A stretch of 64,000 bases of DNA. It comes from Protoeuglena noctilucae (Eukaryota). Both the position numbers and the translations under genes were made by a program. The notes beneath the pieces were generated by a model. The model saw only the letters and a program-made list of their open reading frames with translations, had not been told where the DNA came from and searched no databases. This document shows, in pieces, positions 23,988 through 37,700 of the stretch; the first letter of the stretch is position 1, and each line of letters begins with the position of its first letter. The stretch spans positions 186,001 through 250,000 of the forward strand of contig OY253670.1 in the NCBI GenBank assembly GCA_958009085.1. The letters are read 5' to 3'.

Positions 23988-26766
23988 TCACCGCAGTGCG
24001 TGGAGGCCGTACGAGTGGCGAGGCGCCACCACGCGGTCAGTGCCCTCCTCCTCTCGTGCGTAAGCCACCGCGGAGGTCGAGAGGATGAACGCCCTGTCGA
24101 TGCGCTCCTGCCGCTGACGCTCCAACTGAGGAACACAGGGAAGCAGGGGAGGGAACATAAGCGATGCCACCCTGCGCAGTGTGTCACTGCAGCGGCATCC
24201 CAGCCCCCACTCACCGCTGGCCGCCATTCCTCCCAAAACCACCGCCGCGATGCGTCCGCCACGTCCGCCCCGTCCGCTCCCTCTCGCTCTCCCTCCAACG
24301 CCGCGCACGCCGCGTCGAGCCAGGCCCCATACGCACTCTCCGCCTGGTCTCTGCCCCCACCCGGCGCCCCCCAGCTCTGCAGTACCTCCTTTGTCCTCGC
24401 CTCCAGCAGCGCCAGAGACCCCACGCCAGCCGCGGCCGCCGCTCGCGTCGACGCGAATTGCCGATCCGTCAGCTTGAGCGGCGTGTCGAGCTTGCGGGTG
24501 CGGATAGTGCGGTTTAGACTGCGGCCAAGTGGGACGAAGGTGCACTGGGTAAGGTGGCTGCGCAGAGCCCCGACTGTAGAAGCATCGGCGAGGGTTGCGA
24601 GAGAGTCTGCCGTGCCGACACAGCGGGCAACTGGTAAGACGTCAAACACACACATGAATGCTAGCTAAGAGCAGCTCACATGCCATCGCGGCAGAGTCGC
24701 GCGCATGTGCCTCACCTGTCCTTAGGGACCAGCGCCAGCCTTGCCAGGACGCGGACCGACCGTTTGAGCATAAACAGCGTCCACTCGGAGGGAGGCAGAC
24801 CCATCGATAGCAGCATGAGCATCTTCTCGCGGCCCGCCGACCCGGGGCGCACCGTGCATTGGCCGCCGAGCGCGGCCGGAGACTCAGCGATGCTCGCCAG
24901 CGGGACGCCGAGGGTGAGCAGGAGGCGGAAGCGGGGCACTGGGGGCGGGCGGGGATAAGTAGCGAGTCTGCTTGTGTGCCGAGGCCGAGATAGGTGCACC
25001 GTACGTGGGCGCTTGAGCGAGGGTGACCGGGGAGCCCTTCACGCGAACATGACCCAGTTTGGCAACTAACATGGCGCCTGCAGCGCTGTCACGGCGCCTG
25101 CGGAGGGCCTGGCCCACGCCGCTCGCTCACCGATGGTGCGCCAGAGGTTGTACCGCATTAGCTCCGGGTTGTTGGCCAGCTCGCCCCGGGCGGCTGCCTG
25201 GGGGAGGCCTGCGAGTGCAGCGACATGAGGATAGGTCCTCGCTTATGTCTCGTCGGCACTCCTCGTGTCGGGACGTGTCGCCAGCCACCCAGCGACGGCC
25301 ACTCTGTGGTTGTGTGATCGGCGCGACTGCTGACGCATCTGGCACCGCCGCGCTGGTCTCACCGATGCCCTGCAGGAACTCCATATACTCCTCCACGCGG
25401 TTCTCGAGCTTGACGAATGTGATGAGGTTCGGGGATCGTGCGATGAAATGCATCGAGCGGGGCTGGCTGAGGCCGACGCGAGAGAGCGCGTGAGTGCACT
25501 GCGCCATTCGATCCGCCACGGCCTCGGGTAATAGGAGCACCATGCGCGGGGACAAACGGAACATTCGCCGCGTACCCTGCGAACGCGGAAGAGACGCTGG
25601 AGATGGCATGGTGCACAGGCAGGGGCATGCAGGAAGGGTCACGAAGGCAGGCTGCAGTGATGCGAGCACATATGGTGGCCCAGGGCGCACCCACCTCGTA
25701 CCCTATCCTGTCCAGGAATGTCAGAGTCGTCTTGGCGCGCCGGAGGGTCACTTCCAACGTGGGCGCGAACACCAGCCCGGGGACCTCCCTCGCCAGCGCC
25801 ACCATATGTGCTGTGAAGTCCCTCCTGCCCTGGGCCTGGGCCACGCCACGCGACTCCGCCCCAAGTTCCTCGGAAACCGAGCCTGGGTCATTACCGGACT
25901 TGGTCTCTCGGTCTCTTTCCGCGCCGGCGCTCACCCACGCGTTGTACTGAGCCTGCAAAGCAGAGGTGCAGCGCCAGTGCAGGTGAGGTGCGCGCCCTGC
26001 GCGTCGGGCTCATGGCACAGGTGCATGAGCCCACTTTCACAGCTGTTTACGGCAAACGTGCTGCCCTGCCCACCTGCAGAAGGCTGAGGTCCTGGCAGTG
26101 CGCGAACGGGTGCCACAGGAACAGGAGGTTAGGTGGGCCGGAACGCTCGCTGGGCCTCGACAACTCCTTCCACGCTTGATCCTCGGTCATACCCATCGTC
26201 TCGCAAAGGAATGCAAGCCGAGCGTCCACGTCTTCTTGGCTCGGCGTCCACGTCACGGGCTACGTGTGGGGCCGAGGGACTGGATTGTCCATATAATCGC
26301 AGATCACGAACAAACATACCTCACCGCATGTTGTCCAACACTCGTGGCGGGATTATTCGGCCCAGCCGGCACGCTAGCGCAATGCCTCGCTCCACGCACC
26401 TTGCGATTCTTCACAAGACGTTGCGATGGGCGCACCAGCCACGTGCTCCCAGCAACTTCGTCAGCATTGGTCGAGAAACATGCTCGGCCACGCGTCAGAA
26501 ACCCAAAGAGCCTTTGAAATCTGTGTGGAAAGAGGTGGGAAGTTTTGGCGGCTGCTGTGAGCATGACGTCTTCATGATTGGGCCCACCCATCGCTTCCGA
26601 CGACTGACGTTCGTCACCTGGACGCATCGGGGCCCGTAGCTGCCGAAAGGGAGGACAGGTGGCGCCGCAACCACGTGGAGCATGCATAAGGCGGGCTGCC
26701 TGCGACGCTGGTGGCGAAGGCGGAGTGTGTCAGGACCGACGTGACGCTCGACACCCGGCGAAGCAT
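23988..26766 (-). CDS. mTERF-like organellar helical-repeat protein
   Basis: Presequence-like MLRRVSSVTSVL. Repeats ARLAFLCETMGM, RLSPRMVLLLPE, IARSPNLITFVKLENRVEEYMEFLQGIG, NNPELMRYNLWRTI|VPRFRLLLTLGV, then LTDRQF near the C-terminus. Confidence 0.62.
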
Positions 26767-27103
26767 GATGCCGATGCCGGCATCTGCCTGTGGTCGTGCG
26801 GGACGCAACAAACAAGGTAACGCAGAGTCGCAGGGGGGTGCAGAGCTGATGCTTGCGAAACGGGGAGCAGCTTTATGAGTGTGTGGAGCATAAACCAGGA
26901 CCGTCAAGTGGCTTGCAAAAACGCTTCAGTCCTGGCTTGGAAGTGCCAGCGGTCCTTGTCTGGCGACAAAACTCGCTTTCATCTTGCTCATCCGACCCTT
27001 TGCGCGCCCCTGCTCCACACGAAGCATTATGCCTTGATCGAATATATCGGAGCAGTGCCATATCCCGCGCTTTCAGCGTCGCGTTCCGCCCACGCTGACC
27101 GCC

Positions 27104-29948
27104 ATGGTGGCCCAGGACGCCCCGTCGCTCTACGTCGTCCTCGGCGTGAAGCCCAACGCCACCGAGAAGGAGGTAAGTTCCGCAAGCTATGACCGGGCTC
27201 TCAGCTCGCGGCGGTCGTCGGGGCATGCCGCGCGAGGCATACGGGAGACCAATGGACACGGCCGGCAAGGCGCGCCTTCTGCGACGCTCGTGCATCAAAC
27301 GCATCCCGCACTTATGCTACGATGCAGATCAGGCGTGCATACAAGAATTTGGCGACAAAGGAGCACCCGGACAAGGGCGGGAGCCAGGAGAAGTTCCAGC
27401 TGCTGCAGAAGGCCTACCAGGTCCTCTCCAACACAGGTACTGCCGTCTTGGGCCAGAGGAGCTCGCGCATGTGTATAACGTGTCACGCGTCTTCGTTTCC
27501 CGCGTGGACCTGACGCGCTCCCTGCCATTTCTTCGTGCAGAGACGCGCCACCGCTACGACACGACCGGGACCTTCGAAAAGACCGTGGACGAGGAATTCC
27601 TCAACAGTTTCGGAGGCGGAAGCTTCCGGTACGTGCACCAGCATCGGCATCCAGCGCCATCGGCAACTTGCGGGATCGGGACGGACCCGAGTGGACGGGC
27701 CGTCGCGTGCCTCGCGCCTTGCGTGACTCGACGCCGCTCTGGCTCCGCAGGGACACGGGGAAGGATGTCGGGACTCGTATGGAGGAGCAGCGCAACATGG
27801 CCGAGGCGCTCGTGGCCCGCCAGGCCGACCTGACCTCCCACACGGGTGAGATGGTGCTGCCCCCGCCGTTCCGCATCCCAGGACCTCAGTCGTCTTCCAC
27901 TATTGCAGCAAAAGCACCACTTTCCCATCGCCACCTACCCGCAGCGGGCTTTGAGGCGTTCATGCGCGCGCGAGGCGGCGGCCAGGGGATGCTCTTCACC
28001 GCCGACAACGTGATTGACATGTACGGCGTCACCAAGACGAGCTACGACGCGGTGCCGCTCCCGCAGCAGAAGACTCACGTCGTCACGTGCGTCAAGGCCG
28101 GCGGGACCGACGAGGTCGCGCAGAGCGTGTCGCTGTCAGCCGAGCCGCTCCCCACGCACCTGGAGTGGGGCGAGGTGCTCGTGGCGCTGCGGGCGGCGCC
28201 AGTCAACCCGGCGGACCTTTACAGCATCGCAACGGGAGGGGCATACGGCCTCGACTCCAGGCCGGTCCCCTTCGTCGCTGGCATGGACGGTGTGGCTGTG
28301 GTCAAGGCAGTGGGCCCCGGCGTCAAGAACCTGGCAGGTGGGCTGGTATGAGGAACCACACGTTCCTGGCTTTTAATCTAGCCATCCTGCAGCACGGAGC
28401 TGCCTGGCGTGCTCTGGGGAGGTTTGAGGTGCCGCAAGGTCCGCGCTGCCAGCCACGCCTTCCAAACCACAGGGCACGCCACAAAGTTCGAATAAAGGTC
28501 TCTATATACATCTGCACACCCCGCTTTATCGGTCCTTCTTCGCAGAGGGTGACTGGGTCATCCCTGGCAAGGCGTTCCTTGGGACGTGGCGCACGCTGGC
28601 GGTGTGGAAGGAGAAGGAGGTCGTCAAGGTGGAGAGGGAGCAAATGCCTTTGGAGTACTTCGCCATGGCGCGGGAGCTGTGCACTGCGTACAGGCGAGGG
28701 GCCCGTGGCGCACCGCAGGAACGGAGCATAGGCGTCCTTTTGTCAGTGCAGCGGCGCAGGGTGGAGCTATCCTTGCGCAGGGCATGTTAGGGCGTGTTCT
28801 TGACGCCTCACAATGTCGAGGAAGAGGATGGCGTTGCGTGCTTTGCAGGCTTTCCCATCAATATGCTTGCACCTCACATACACACACATACTCCTCGAGC
28901 TATGCGTGTCTGCAGGCTCCTGGAGGACCAGTCCCACTTGCGGCCGGGCGACGCCGTCATCCTCAACGCCGCCAATTCCACCGTCGGTCAGACCCTGGTG
29001 CAGCTCTGCAAGCTCCTCCGCCTCAGGTGCGCCGCTGCGGGCCGGGCGCAAACATGATGATGTGCTGGGGTGTGTGTGGAAAGACTGAAGCATTAAGAGC
29101 TCTCGCCCGCGCAGGAGCGTGGCGGTGGTGCGCGCGGCGGATGACGAGACGTTCAAGGAGACGGAGATGTGGCTCAAGAACCTTGGGGCAGACGGTGAGA
29201 CGGTGGTCGTGCGTATGCTGGTGATGGATGGGGGGAGTCCCTCACCCGGCACATTGCAATTCCGATTCCTCGATCTGTCCTGTTCGCGTGCAGAGGTGCT
29301 GCCTGACCAGGGCAGCCTCTCGCGCGAGCTCGAGACGCGTCGCTTCTTCGCCCGCCCCAAGGTCGCCTTTGACTCCGTCGGCGGGCACTCTGCCATGCGC
29401 ATCGCCGACGCTCTGGCCGAGGGCGGCACCATCATGATCTACGGGTGCAGCAGTGGCAAGGCGCCCACGTGGACCTGGCAGCAGTGGGTCTTCAAGAGGC
29501 TCAAGGCCGAGGGATTCAACATCCGCAGGCGCGCTTGCCATGCACAAGCAAAAGTGCTGAGCCGTGGTAGCACTCCAAGGCGCTGCGTGGGTGCTGAGGG
29601 CTTTCGTCCCAGGCAGGGGCTGCGTGTAAAGCATGGCAAGGGCAGTGGACGCCCAATGGCTAGGGCATGGGTAGGGCACAAAGCTGTTATCCCTGTGTGT
29701 CAGCATGCGCCGGCTGAGACTCGTACACGCTGTTGCCGCCACGCAGGTGGATGACGGAGAACGTGAGCAAGGTGCCGGGGATGCTGGAGTCGATTGCCAA
29801 GCTGGTCAAGGCCAGCAAGCTGACGGTCAACTTCACGGAATATCAGATGCCCGGCGAGTTCACCGAGGCGCTGGAGCACGCCGCGGAGCCCAGGAAGAAC
29901 ACCAAGGTCATCTTGCGGGCGGCAGAGGAGGTCGAGAGCGTGGTCTGA
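27104..29948 (+). CDS. DnaJ domain fused to trans-2-enoyl-thioester reductase (MECR/Etr1-like MDR), about 10 exons
   Basis: SLYVVLGV...IRRAYKNLATKEHPDKGG...AYQVLS...RHRYD, continuing in phase into EVLVALRAAPVNPADL...GAYG, EGDWVIP...GTWRT, CTAYRLL, LNAANSTVGQ, AFDSVGGHSA. Confidence 0.9.
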
Positions 29949-30237
29949 CGGCGGCTGTGACCGTGCCCGCGGAGTGCGCCTGCTTGGCCCAGGTCAGGCC
30001 CATGGCCGAGGTCAGCGGTACACGCGGCTGTTGACTCGTGCGCTCCGTGTCACTGTGAGTGTGTTGAAACAAAGACAGCCTTGGCATTACCGCAAACAAC
30101 GTCCTACGCGAGTCCTGTCCAACCCGACCATGCATCCGTCCACGCGCACATGCGCCTCTATCCACAGCAGAGCCCCCGGCGCTCCTCGTCACAACACCAG
30201 CGAAGTTTACTCGACTTCTCGCATCTCCTCTCGGTGC

Positions 30238-31418
30238 TCAGAGCACCTTCTTGGCCTTAAAGAATCTCCGCAGGTAGCAGATCTGGGCGGCCGTGAGCGT
30301 GATGGAGATGGCGAGCGTCGCCACGGAGAAGAAGACCACGCGGGTGTTGACGCGCTCGTTCAGGTCCCGCATCTCCTCCTCCTGCTTCCTGCAAGTGCCG
30401 GGTACTAGGGGGCGCGCCCTTGCACACGCGCGCCACCACGCTCGCCCCTCCGCACGGCGTCACTGCCGCAGTCGACGCGCCCTGCGCCTCACCGGTTTGC
30501 ATCGCCCACGTCGCCTCACCGGATCGTGCTCATCTCCTCGTACAGCGAGTTGGCCACGATCTCCAGCTTGCCCAGCTCCGCCACCAACGCGTCCATGTGC
30601 TCCTTGTCCACCAGCTTGTTCCAGTTCTCCATCTGCATCCCGACGTGCCACGTCAGGCCAATCTTTGTCTGCGAGGCCACCTGCGGCGGGGTGGGGAGGA
30701 ACAGAGCTACGGTACCGTTGCGCCCCTCCCAGGACCCTCCTGCTCGGCTTCTGCCGATCCTGCTGGCCGAACAACGATGCCGCGCTCACCCCCTGGGAGG
30801 GCGCGTTGAAGCACGCGCGATAGGTTCCCGCCGTTTCCGCATGGAAGGCAAAGAAGCCCTCTGTCTTGTCGGCCTGGTTGTACAGCACCTTGCCGTCGGG
30901 GGCTTCCACGGTCACAGTTAAAGCCACCGCTGCAGGGAGAGGGCAACGATGTTCGGTCGCGCTGGGACGGCGGGGCGCGGCGCGGGCGGGCAGGAGAGCG
31001 GGGCGCGACTCACGCTCCCCGTTCGTCCGGTTCTTCCCATTCCACGTGCCCAGCACCACGCTCTTCTCCGCAATGGCCTCCGTGAGACACCGTTGCTGCT
31101 CCGTCATTTCCACTTCAAACGCCCTGGGAGAGAGGGAGCGCACGGAGGGGTGGGACACTTGCCACGGGAGATCGTCGCCCTGGAGCCATGCCGTCGCATA
31201 ATGTCGTCCTTGCATGTACATATCGCTCAATTCTACACTGGGAAGTCCTCGGACCTGACTTTGGAAACCCCAGAGTGCGGCATCAGGTCTCTGAAGGTGC
31301 ATGCCGCGCACAGCACCGCCCTGCGCCGCGAGCAGCTGACCGATCCTCACCAGGCGCCGCCTGCCAGGACCACCAGCCCCAACAATGTCGCCAGGCGATT
31401 CCACCATCGCCCCGTCAT
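30238..31418 (-). CDS. p24/TMED cargo receptor, delta-like (GOLD domain)
   Basis: Signal peptide MTGRWWNRLATLLGLVVLAGGAW. GOLD cysteines in QRCLTE and FAFHAETAGTYRACF. Then MRDLNERVNTRV, a TM helix, and the tail YLRRFFKAKKVL* (FF + KKxx). Confidence 0.92.
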
Positions 31419-31674
31419 CTCTCCCAGCCCTTGGACCCGCCCAGCCCCGCGATCTGCGCCCCTTCGACGTCACCGATCGAATGCTGTACCTCAGCTCGAT
31501 CCAGCTGCTTGCTTTGCACGGGCGTTCGTCCGCGGTGGCTGCATCGTTGCCGCGAGGATCCGACTGACCATCGTCTGGCAAGTCACGCCAGGTGCCAGCT
31601 CGTCGTCCTCCACGCGTGGTTGCTCTCGCAGCTCGTGCATCATTCAGTGCCGCGGCGCGGACTCGTAGGATGTC

Positions 31675-33995
31675 ATGCGCGCGATGAGAGTAAACCAGAC
31701 TTTGGCAAAGAAGTCACACAAGAAAAGGCATGCGTTTGCTTCCAGGGCCATATAGAGAGCATCTTCCCTTCGTATTTTATGACGCTGACTATCTACTTGC
31801 CTCTGCAGGCCTCGGGAGCCTGAGCCATCGGCAGGACACGCAAATGGCAATGGGAACGTCCAGCCACCCCATCAGAGCGCGGCTAAGGCGATGAGGTGAG
31901 GAGATGAATGTAAACTTTGATTTGAGCGTGAGCGACGCGCCTCAGGATGCACCCCTGAGCGTCGCGGCAGGCAGGCCAGCACTGCGCCCACGCTGGGGGC
32001 CGGGACTGCACCGACAGGGCCCCAAGGCCCCGGTAGATTCCCAAGCTTTGTGCTTGTGATGCAGGTCAACAGAACATGTGGTACAGAGGTCCGCGCACTC
32101 GGCCCCACCGATCGTCCAGGCCCGTCCTGTGGAGCCCAGCGCGGACGCCAAAGAGAAGGACTACAAGCGCGACGTCCTGAAGGCGATGGTCGACGCTTTG
32201 GGTCAGGACCTCGACAAGAAAGCTGCGGAGGACGCGATGAGGCGAGGCTGGGCCTGCTGTTCGCGGCGCCATTCCCGTGCGTTCCTGCGAACCGATGATG
32301 CGCGTTTTCTGGCCCGCAGGATCGTTTTCGCGGAGATGGCCGACGCGTCTTCGGTCCCCGTGGATGAGATGGCCGACCGCGTGATGCTGCAGATGGGCAT
32401 GATGCAAGCGGAGGCGGAGGCCAATGAAGCCGGGCCCAACCGGGAGGCGGAAATTGACGAGGAGGAGGAGGAGGCGCGGGTGAGCGAGAAATAACGATGT
32501 TCGACTGGCATCTCGCTGCTGCGTCGGGTCACGACGCCAGACCATCCACCGAGGCACGCGTCTGCATGTGAACGTGATGTGGTGTCGTGCCCTCTGAGGC
32601 CCGGTCCGCGGCTTACAGTGGCGAGGCTGCTGCCGTCGACGCGGGGAGATGATCCGGAATCGCTTCTGCTCTGCGCTCTGGCGCGGCGGATGCAAATCAT
32701 TCCTGGCCCTTGCATCTCTGGCGTTTCGTGACGTGCTGCAGATGATGGACGAGGCAAGGAAGCTCAGCGAGCAGGAGTACGACCGACAGCGCGAGAGAGA
32801 CAAGGAGGTGCCGGAGTGGCTGCTGCCGGACGAGGACCTGCTCTCGCGGCTACGAAAGAGCACCGTGCTGGGGCCGATGTGCCGGGAGTGGTGGGCGAGG
32901 GAGGCGAGTGCTGCGGGACGCACTAGACCCACGCGCGCGTGTGCAGTTGTCAAGTAATCCTTTGGACACGAGACACTTTGCCTCTGATGAGAATGTCTCA
33001 TGATGGATTCCCGACTCGCTCGTGCATGGTGTGCTGGACTGACACCAGCGGAGCAGAGCTGCGTGTCGTGCATCGGTTGCCGAATGATGCCAGCCCACAT
33101 GAACGCAGGGGGACGCGCGGCCGGACGAGGGATGCAACGGGGCGGAGGAGGGTGGCAGAGGGGCGGCGGGGGCAGGGGAATCGGGCGGGGGCCGTGACAG
33201 GGGCGGGGAGGCGGGGCCGAGCGGCAGCAACGGGGACAGGTGCGGCGTCGCGTACTTGCGAGCGCACTTCCCTCGTCACTCGGGTCTGTCGGTGGTGGCG
33301 AGAGGACACCCAGTTGCGTTTCCTGCCTCCCTCGCAGCCCTCGGCTGCCCCGTGACGACACGTTGTCTCGCAAGCAACTGGTGTTGCTGGCGGGGATCGA
33401 GTGCAAGTGCGTCACTTGGTACCCCTCATATGCACCGCCATGGTTTGCCAAGCTCAGGTGACCCATCAAAGGGCTATCCTTCTGCCAGCCCCTCAAAGCT
33501 CCGCCCCTCTCAGCAATTTGCGCCCCCTGCGTCCACACCTTCTTCGCAGCAGCAAAGACAACGTCCATGTTTTTGCCTTTTCTCAGGGACGAGTTTGCGT
33601 CGTGGTGCGATGCGCAAGGGGCAGGGTCCGGGGAGCCGGGGGGCTTTGACAAGAAACTGGCAGAGTGGGCAGAAGCCAAGCACGATCTCTTGGGACGGGA
33701 AGTCTTGGTGGAAGTGCCAGAAGATGGCGGGGCTCCCATGGTGACCTTCTGCCGTCATGCATAGCTTTCAAAGCGCAGCGAGTTCGGATGCCACGACGGC
33801 ATCGCTTGTCAGGTTGAGTGGCTGACGATCAACCATAATCTCATCTGATCGTCGCAGATATTCAGGCAAGCCAGTGAGGCACGGGGGCCGATGCGCCACG
33901 GGACGGGTGACCCCGGCTCAGTGAAGCAGGGGGCGTGCGGGGCGAGGAGGGGCAGTGCGGGGGCGAGCGAGCAGCGAGTCATCGATATCGATTAA
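31675..33995 (+). CDS. Uncharacterised protein with UIM-like and C-terminal SIM-like motifs
   Basis: Phase-consistent exon chain: KRDVLKAMVDAL...EEEEEAR|MMDEARKLSEQEY...LAGIECKCVTWYP...PEDGGAPM|IFRQ...RVIDID*. The 5' exons are uncertain. Confidence 0.6.
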
Positions 33996-34762
33996 TGGCG
34001 CAGTCTGGCTAGCCGCCGGCGCTTCGCCGAGCATAGCTTGTCTCTGCTTCTTGTGGCGAGTGGCCAGCGCGGGCCACCGCCCTGTCGTTAATTGACCTTG
34101 GCACTATGCGCTACTATGTTCCAGCGAGCGGCTATCCGCTTCAACTTTTGCATGAGGACGAGCGCGAGTCGTGCACGGGCGCCCCTTGACATCGCAAACA
34201 GAGTGGGCCCCGAGAGGAGAGGAGAAGCGGCCAGCGCACGCCCGCTTCTCCAAAAGAAGCAAGCACGTCAGAAAACATCATGGATTCCAGGGGTGGAATA
34301 CACGCACGTGGTGTGCGTTGCGGGGCTGTTGTCCTGCTGTGCAAAGTCGCTGCCCTGCCCGCAATCTCAAAAAGTCTCATACCACGCACGCACCGCTCCT
34401 CAAGCGTGCAGGGCAACGCAAGCAGGGCACGAGCGGGCGCAGGAGCACGTTTCATCACCAAAGCGCTGCAGATTGCGACGAGGCTCGCAATCGAGGCATG
34501 GGATGAAACGCCCATTGTTGTCGTGCCGCGCAGTGCGGGTGCGAGCGGCAGTCGGCGGGAGGGCGGGTGTCAAGCACTGAAAGCAGCGCTGAACCCTGGT
34601 CTGCCAGATATCCGGTATCGGTACAGAGAGGGCGCAGAGGAAGGGCGGGTAGACACGTGGGAGTCTCATGGCGCGGTGGGGCAACACAGAGGGCATTGGA
34701 AAGGAAGCGAGGGCCAGGGAGTCGCCCGGATAGCGCAGGGCTATCCGGTGGGGATTGTCGGA

Positions 34763-37700
34763 CTATCCCGACTCGGGCCCCTGGCTGACGGCGGGTGCCT
34801 GGGTGATGGGTGCGAGGGAGGAGGTCTTGTTGGGTGAGGCGTTGGGCAGAGTCGTCAGGTGTTGGTTGGGAAGCGAGACGGGCCTGGGAGGCGGCACCAT
34901 CAGCGGCGTCAGGCGCTGGGCGCCCAGGTGGCCCACGGGGCCACGATTGGCGTCCCTGGCAGCGCGGCTCATCTGCGGGGGTGCAGGGGTGAAGAGGTTG
35001 GATGACCAAGGAATGCACCGACAGTGTCGCATGCGGTGTCCCATAACACGCACGGGGGGTCAGGTCGCGTCGCTGCTGCTGCGTCCCTCGGAATGCATGA
35101 GAGGGCTGTGTCTGGTGCCGCGGCATCCACGCACCCGGCTGGCCATGGTGGCGCGTCGGTTGGCCTTGCGGGCGAGCCGCAGTCGGCTGCACAGGAGCCA
35201 GCCGTTGCTGACGTAAGGGACGGCGCAGTGGTGGAGGCTCTCCAGGAGCGGTGACCGGAAGGGGTTGAGCTCGGGGGACTCGCCCCCGGGCACCGCGTCG
35301 GGCGCCAGGGTGGCCAGCGGGCCGTGCAGGACGGGCGGCCAGGTGGGCGCGGTGAAGAGGAGGGGCGCGCCGCAGGTGCGGGCGTGGCGCGTCTCCTGCA
35401 GTGCAGGAAGCACAGAAACAAATGGCTCGATAGCACATCATGATTTGCAACAGGGTGCTTGCCATGACAGGGCAGTCGCCACATCACTGCTTGCATCCAT
35501 CGACCCGCATGCGTGTCCCTGCCACCGCTGCCACAAGTAGGGTTCCTGCCCACCCCACCACCCCATCTCCTCACCTGCAGCCACCAGTTAAGCTCCTGCG
35601 CGCCCTCCTGCACCGTCTGTGCCCGCACTTGGAGGGCAGGCACCAGAGGGTCGAAGAGGTTAAACCCAGCAATCAAGTCAGGCATGGGGACCTCCTCCGC
35701 GGCGGACTTCCCGGGCACCCCGAAGGATGCGGAGTGGAGAGACGGATGCACCACGACGGTCAGGGTATGGCGGAGGAGGTGCTTGCCCATGGCTGCTGGC
35801 GGGGCGTGCGCGCAGAAGGCATGGATCTCCACGGGGATGCCTGGCAGGAGGACGGAGAGCTCGGTCCATAACTCTGGGCGCAGGAGGGGCTGCCACCGGG
35901 ACCCGATCTGTGGAGAGGACGAGAGAGCGTGAGGGGGTCGGTCGATGGCGCAGGCTCACCGCCACGCATCACATCACCATATCCAGACTCACCACATGAA
36001 CCACAAGTGCCTCTCCGTGGGCCCCTGGCTCCCCAATGGCTCGCGGAAGCTCCAAGGCCTTATGTGCCAGGCACTTGCTGCGGGCAGGGGCCGCGTCACA
36101 GCTGCTCGTGCAGGCATGGACAGCCACGTGCCTAGACAAATGAGCCCCTATCAGAGCAGGTGAGACGCTGTCATGTAGCGGGCAGGTACACGTGGCAGTG
36201 CTATCGTGTCTCTCACCGAATCATGTGGAATAGGGTCAGGCAGGGGGACATGGCGATGGCGATGGGCGACGACAACGGCACCTCCCGCATCGCATGCCAT
36301 TCGGCCCAATTGGATACCCCAGCCGCCTCGCCCTTGTCGCAGAGGGGTATCCTGGGCCAATCCTTGGGACAGAAACCCTTCCTCGACATCAGCACCTCGC
36401 CCCAGTCCGCGACGTAGGGGTCCGGGAACAAACCCGACGAGCTGCGGGGGCACCATGGCAACGCGGTCACGGCCTTGTCAACTGACGCCCCAGTCATGAA
36501 ACACGGCCCCTCATCAGCGCCCCCGGTTCGCATGCAGAGCCCCCCCAAAAGCTCTCTTTCAGTCCCTGCACAACTCCCCGCCCCTCACTTAAGTCCCCAA
36601 TCGCTCCCGTCTGTCCTCACCTGGTCCCTCGCCCCTCGCTCCCCTCCTCGCTCCCCGCCCCGTCCCCCTCCGCATCTCCCTCCACATTCCGCTCCTTCAC
36701 ACCTCCCCTCAGGAAACCCCCCACGTCCCCATCCACCCCAAACTCGTCGTCGTCCTCATCGCCGTCCATGGCAAAGAACAGCGGGCTGGCCATCTCCAGG
36801 TCCAGCTGCGTCGCGGTGTCGAGGGGCACGGCCGACAGGTCCAGCGCGGCCCAGGCGTTGTCCGGGCTGCAGAGCCCGTGGCGGTCCAGCCAGAAGTGCA
36901 GCGAGGGGACATCCCCCGCGAAGAACTCCCATCGGGGCATACCCTGGGGAGCAAAGGCAGAGACGGGGGTTGATGACACGATATCGAGATGAAGTGGACC
37001 GGATGTGACGAGATTGTATAGGGCAGGAGTGCGATTGGCAGTTGGCATGCTCACCTCTGTGGCCAGCGCCTTGGCATGCGCCGGCGATGTGGCCTTGAGC
37101 ATCGCCTGGCAGGCCGCGGGGGTGTGCAGGGACATGGCGTGCTGGTGCAGGCACTTCTCCGAGCAGTAGTTGGCGGACCGGCATGTGCCGCACTGGACAG
37201 CTTGAGACGCCAGCAGGCTCAGGGAGCAGTGGCAGCACGTGGCCACTCCCAGGTGGTAGCTGTTGGGCAGAGTCGTCGGCTTGTCCACGTTCATCGCCTG
37301 CGTGTCAGAGCGGCAGGGCGTGGGCGGAGGTGGGGCCACCGTGGCTTAGACTGATACCCATGGGTGGGGGCACAGGCGCATGGTGCAATTGAAGGCTAAG
37401 GCGGTAATGGAAAGGACCACGAACGTAGGGCTCACCTGCACGAGGATCCCCGACTCGTTGTCGTAGGCGATGCTCTGGGGCAGCGCCTGCAGCCCCACGG
37501 GTCTCTCTGTGTCGCGGAGGAGCGTGGCCAGGTAGCAGAGGTGCACGCGGGCCTCAGAGCCATCCCAGCGAGTCACTGCAGGGACAGCGCGGGGAAGGGT
37601 GAGGGACACGGGTGGACAAGGGTGTGACGGTGGTTGTGGGGGTATGAGTGGCATGGCGCACGGACAGCTGAGGAGGGACCAGGTCAAGCGCGGTGGCAGC

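Noticed and set aside
14195..31831. Exact 16-mer GAGCCTGAGCCATCGG at 14195 and 31816
   Set aside because: A single match of this length is expected by chance in 64 kb of GC-rich DNA, and the flanks are unrelated.
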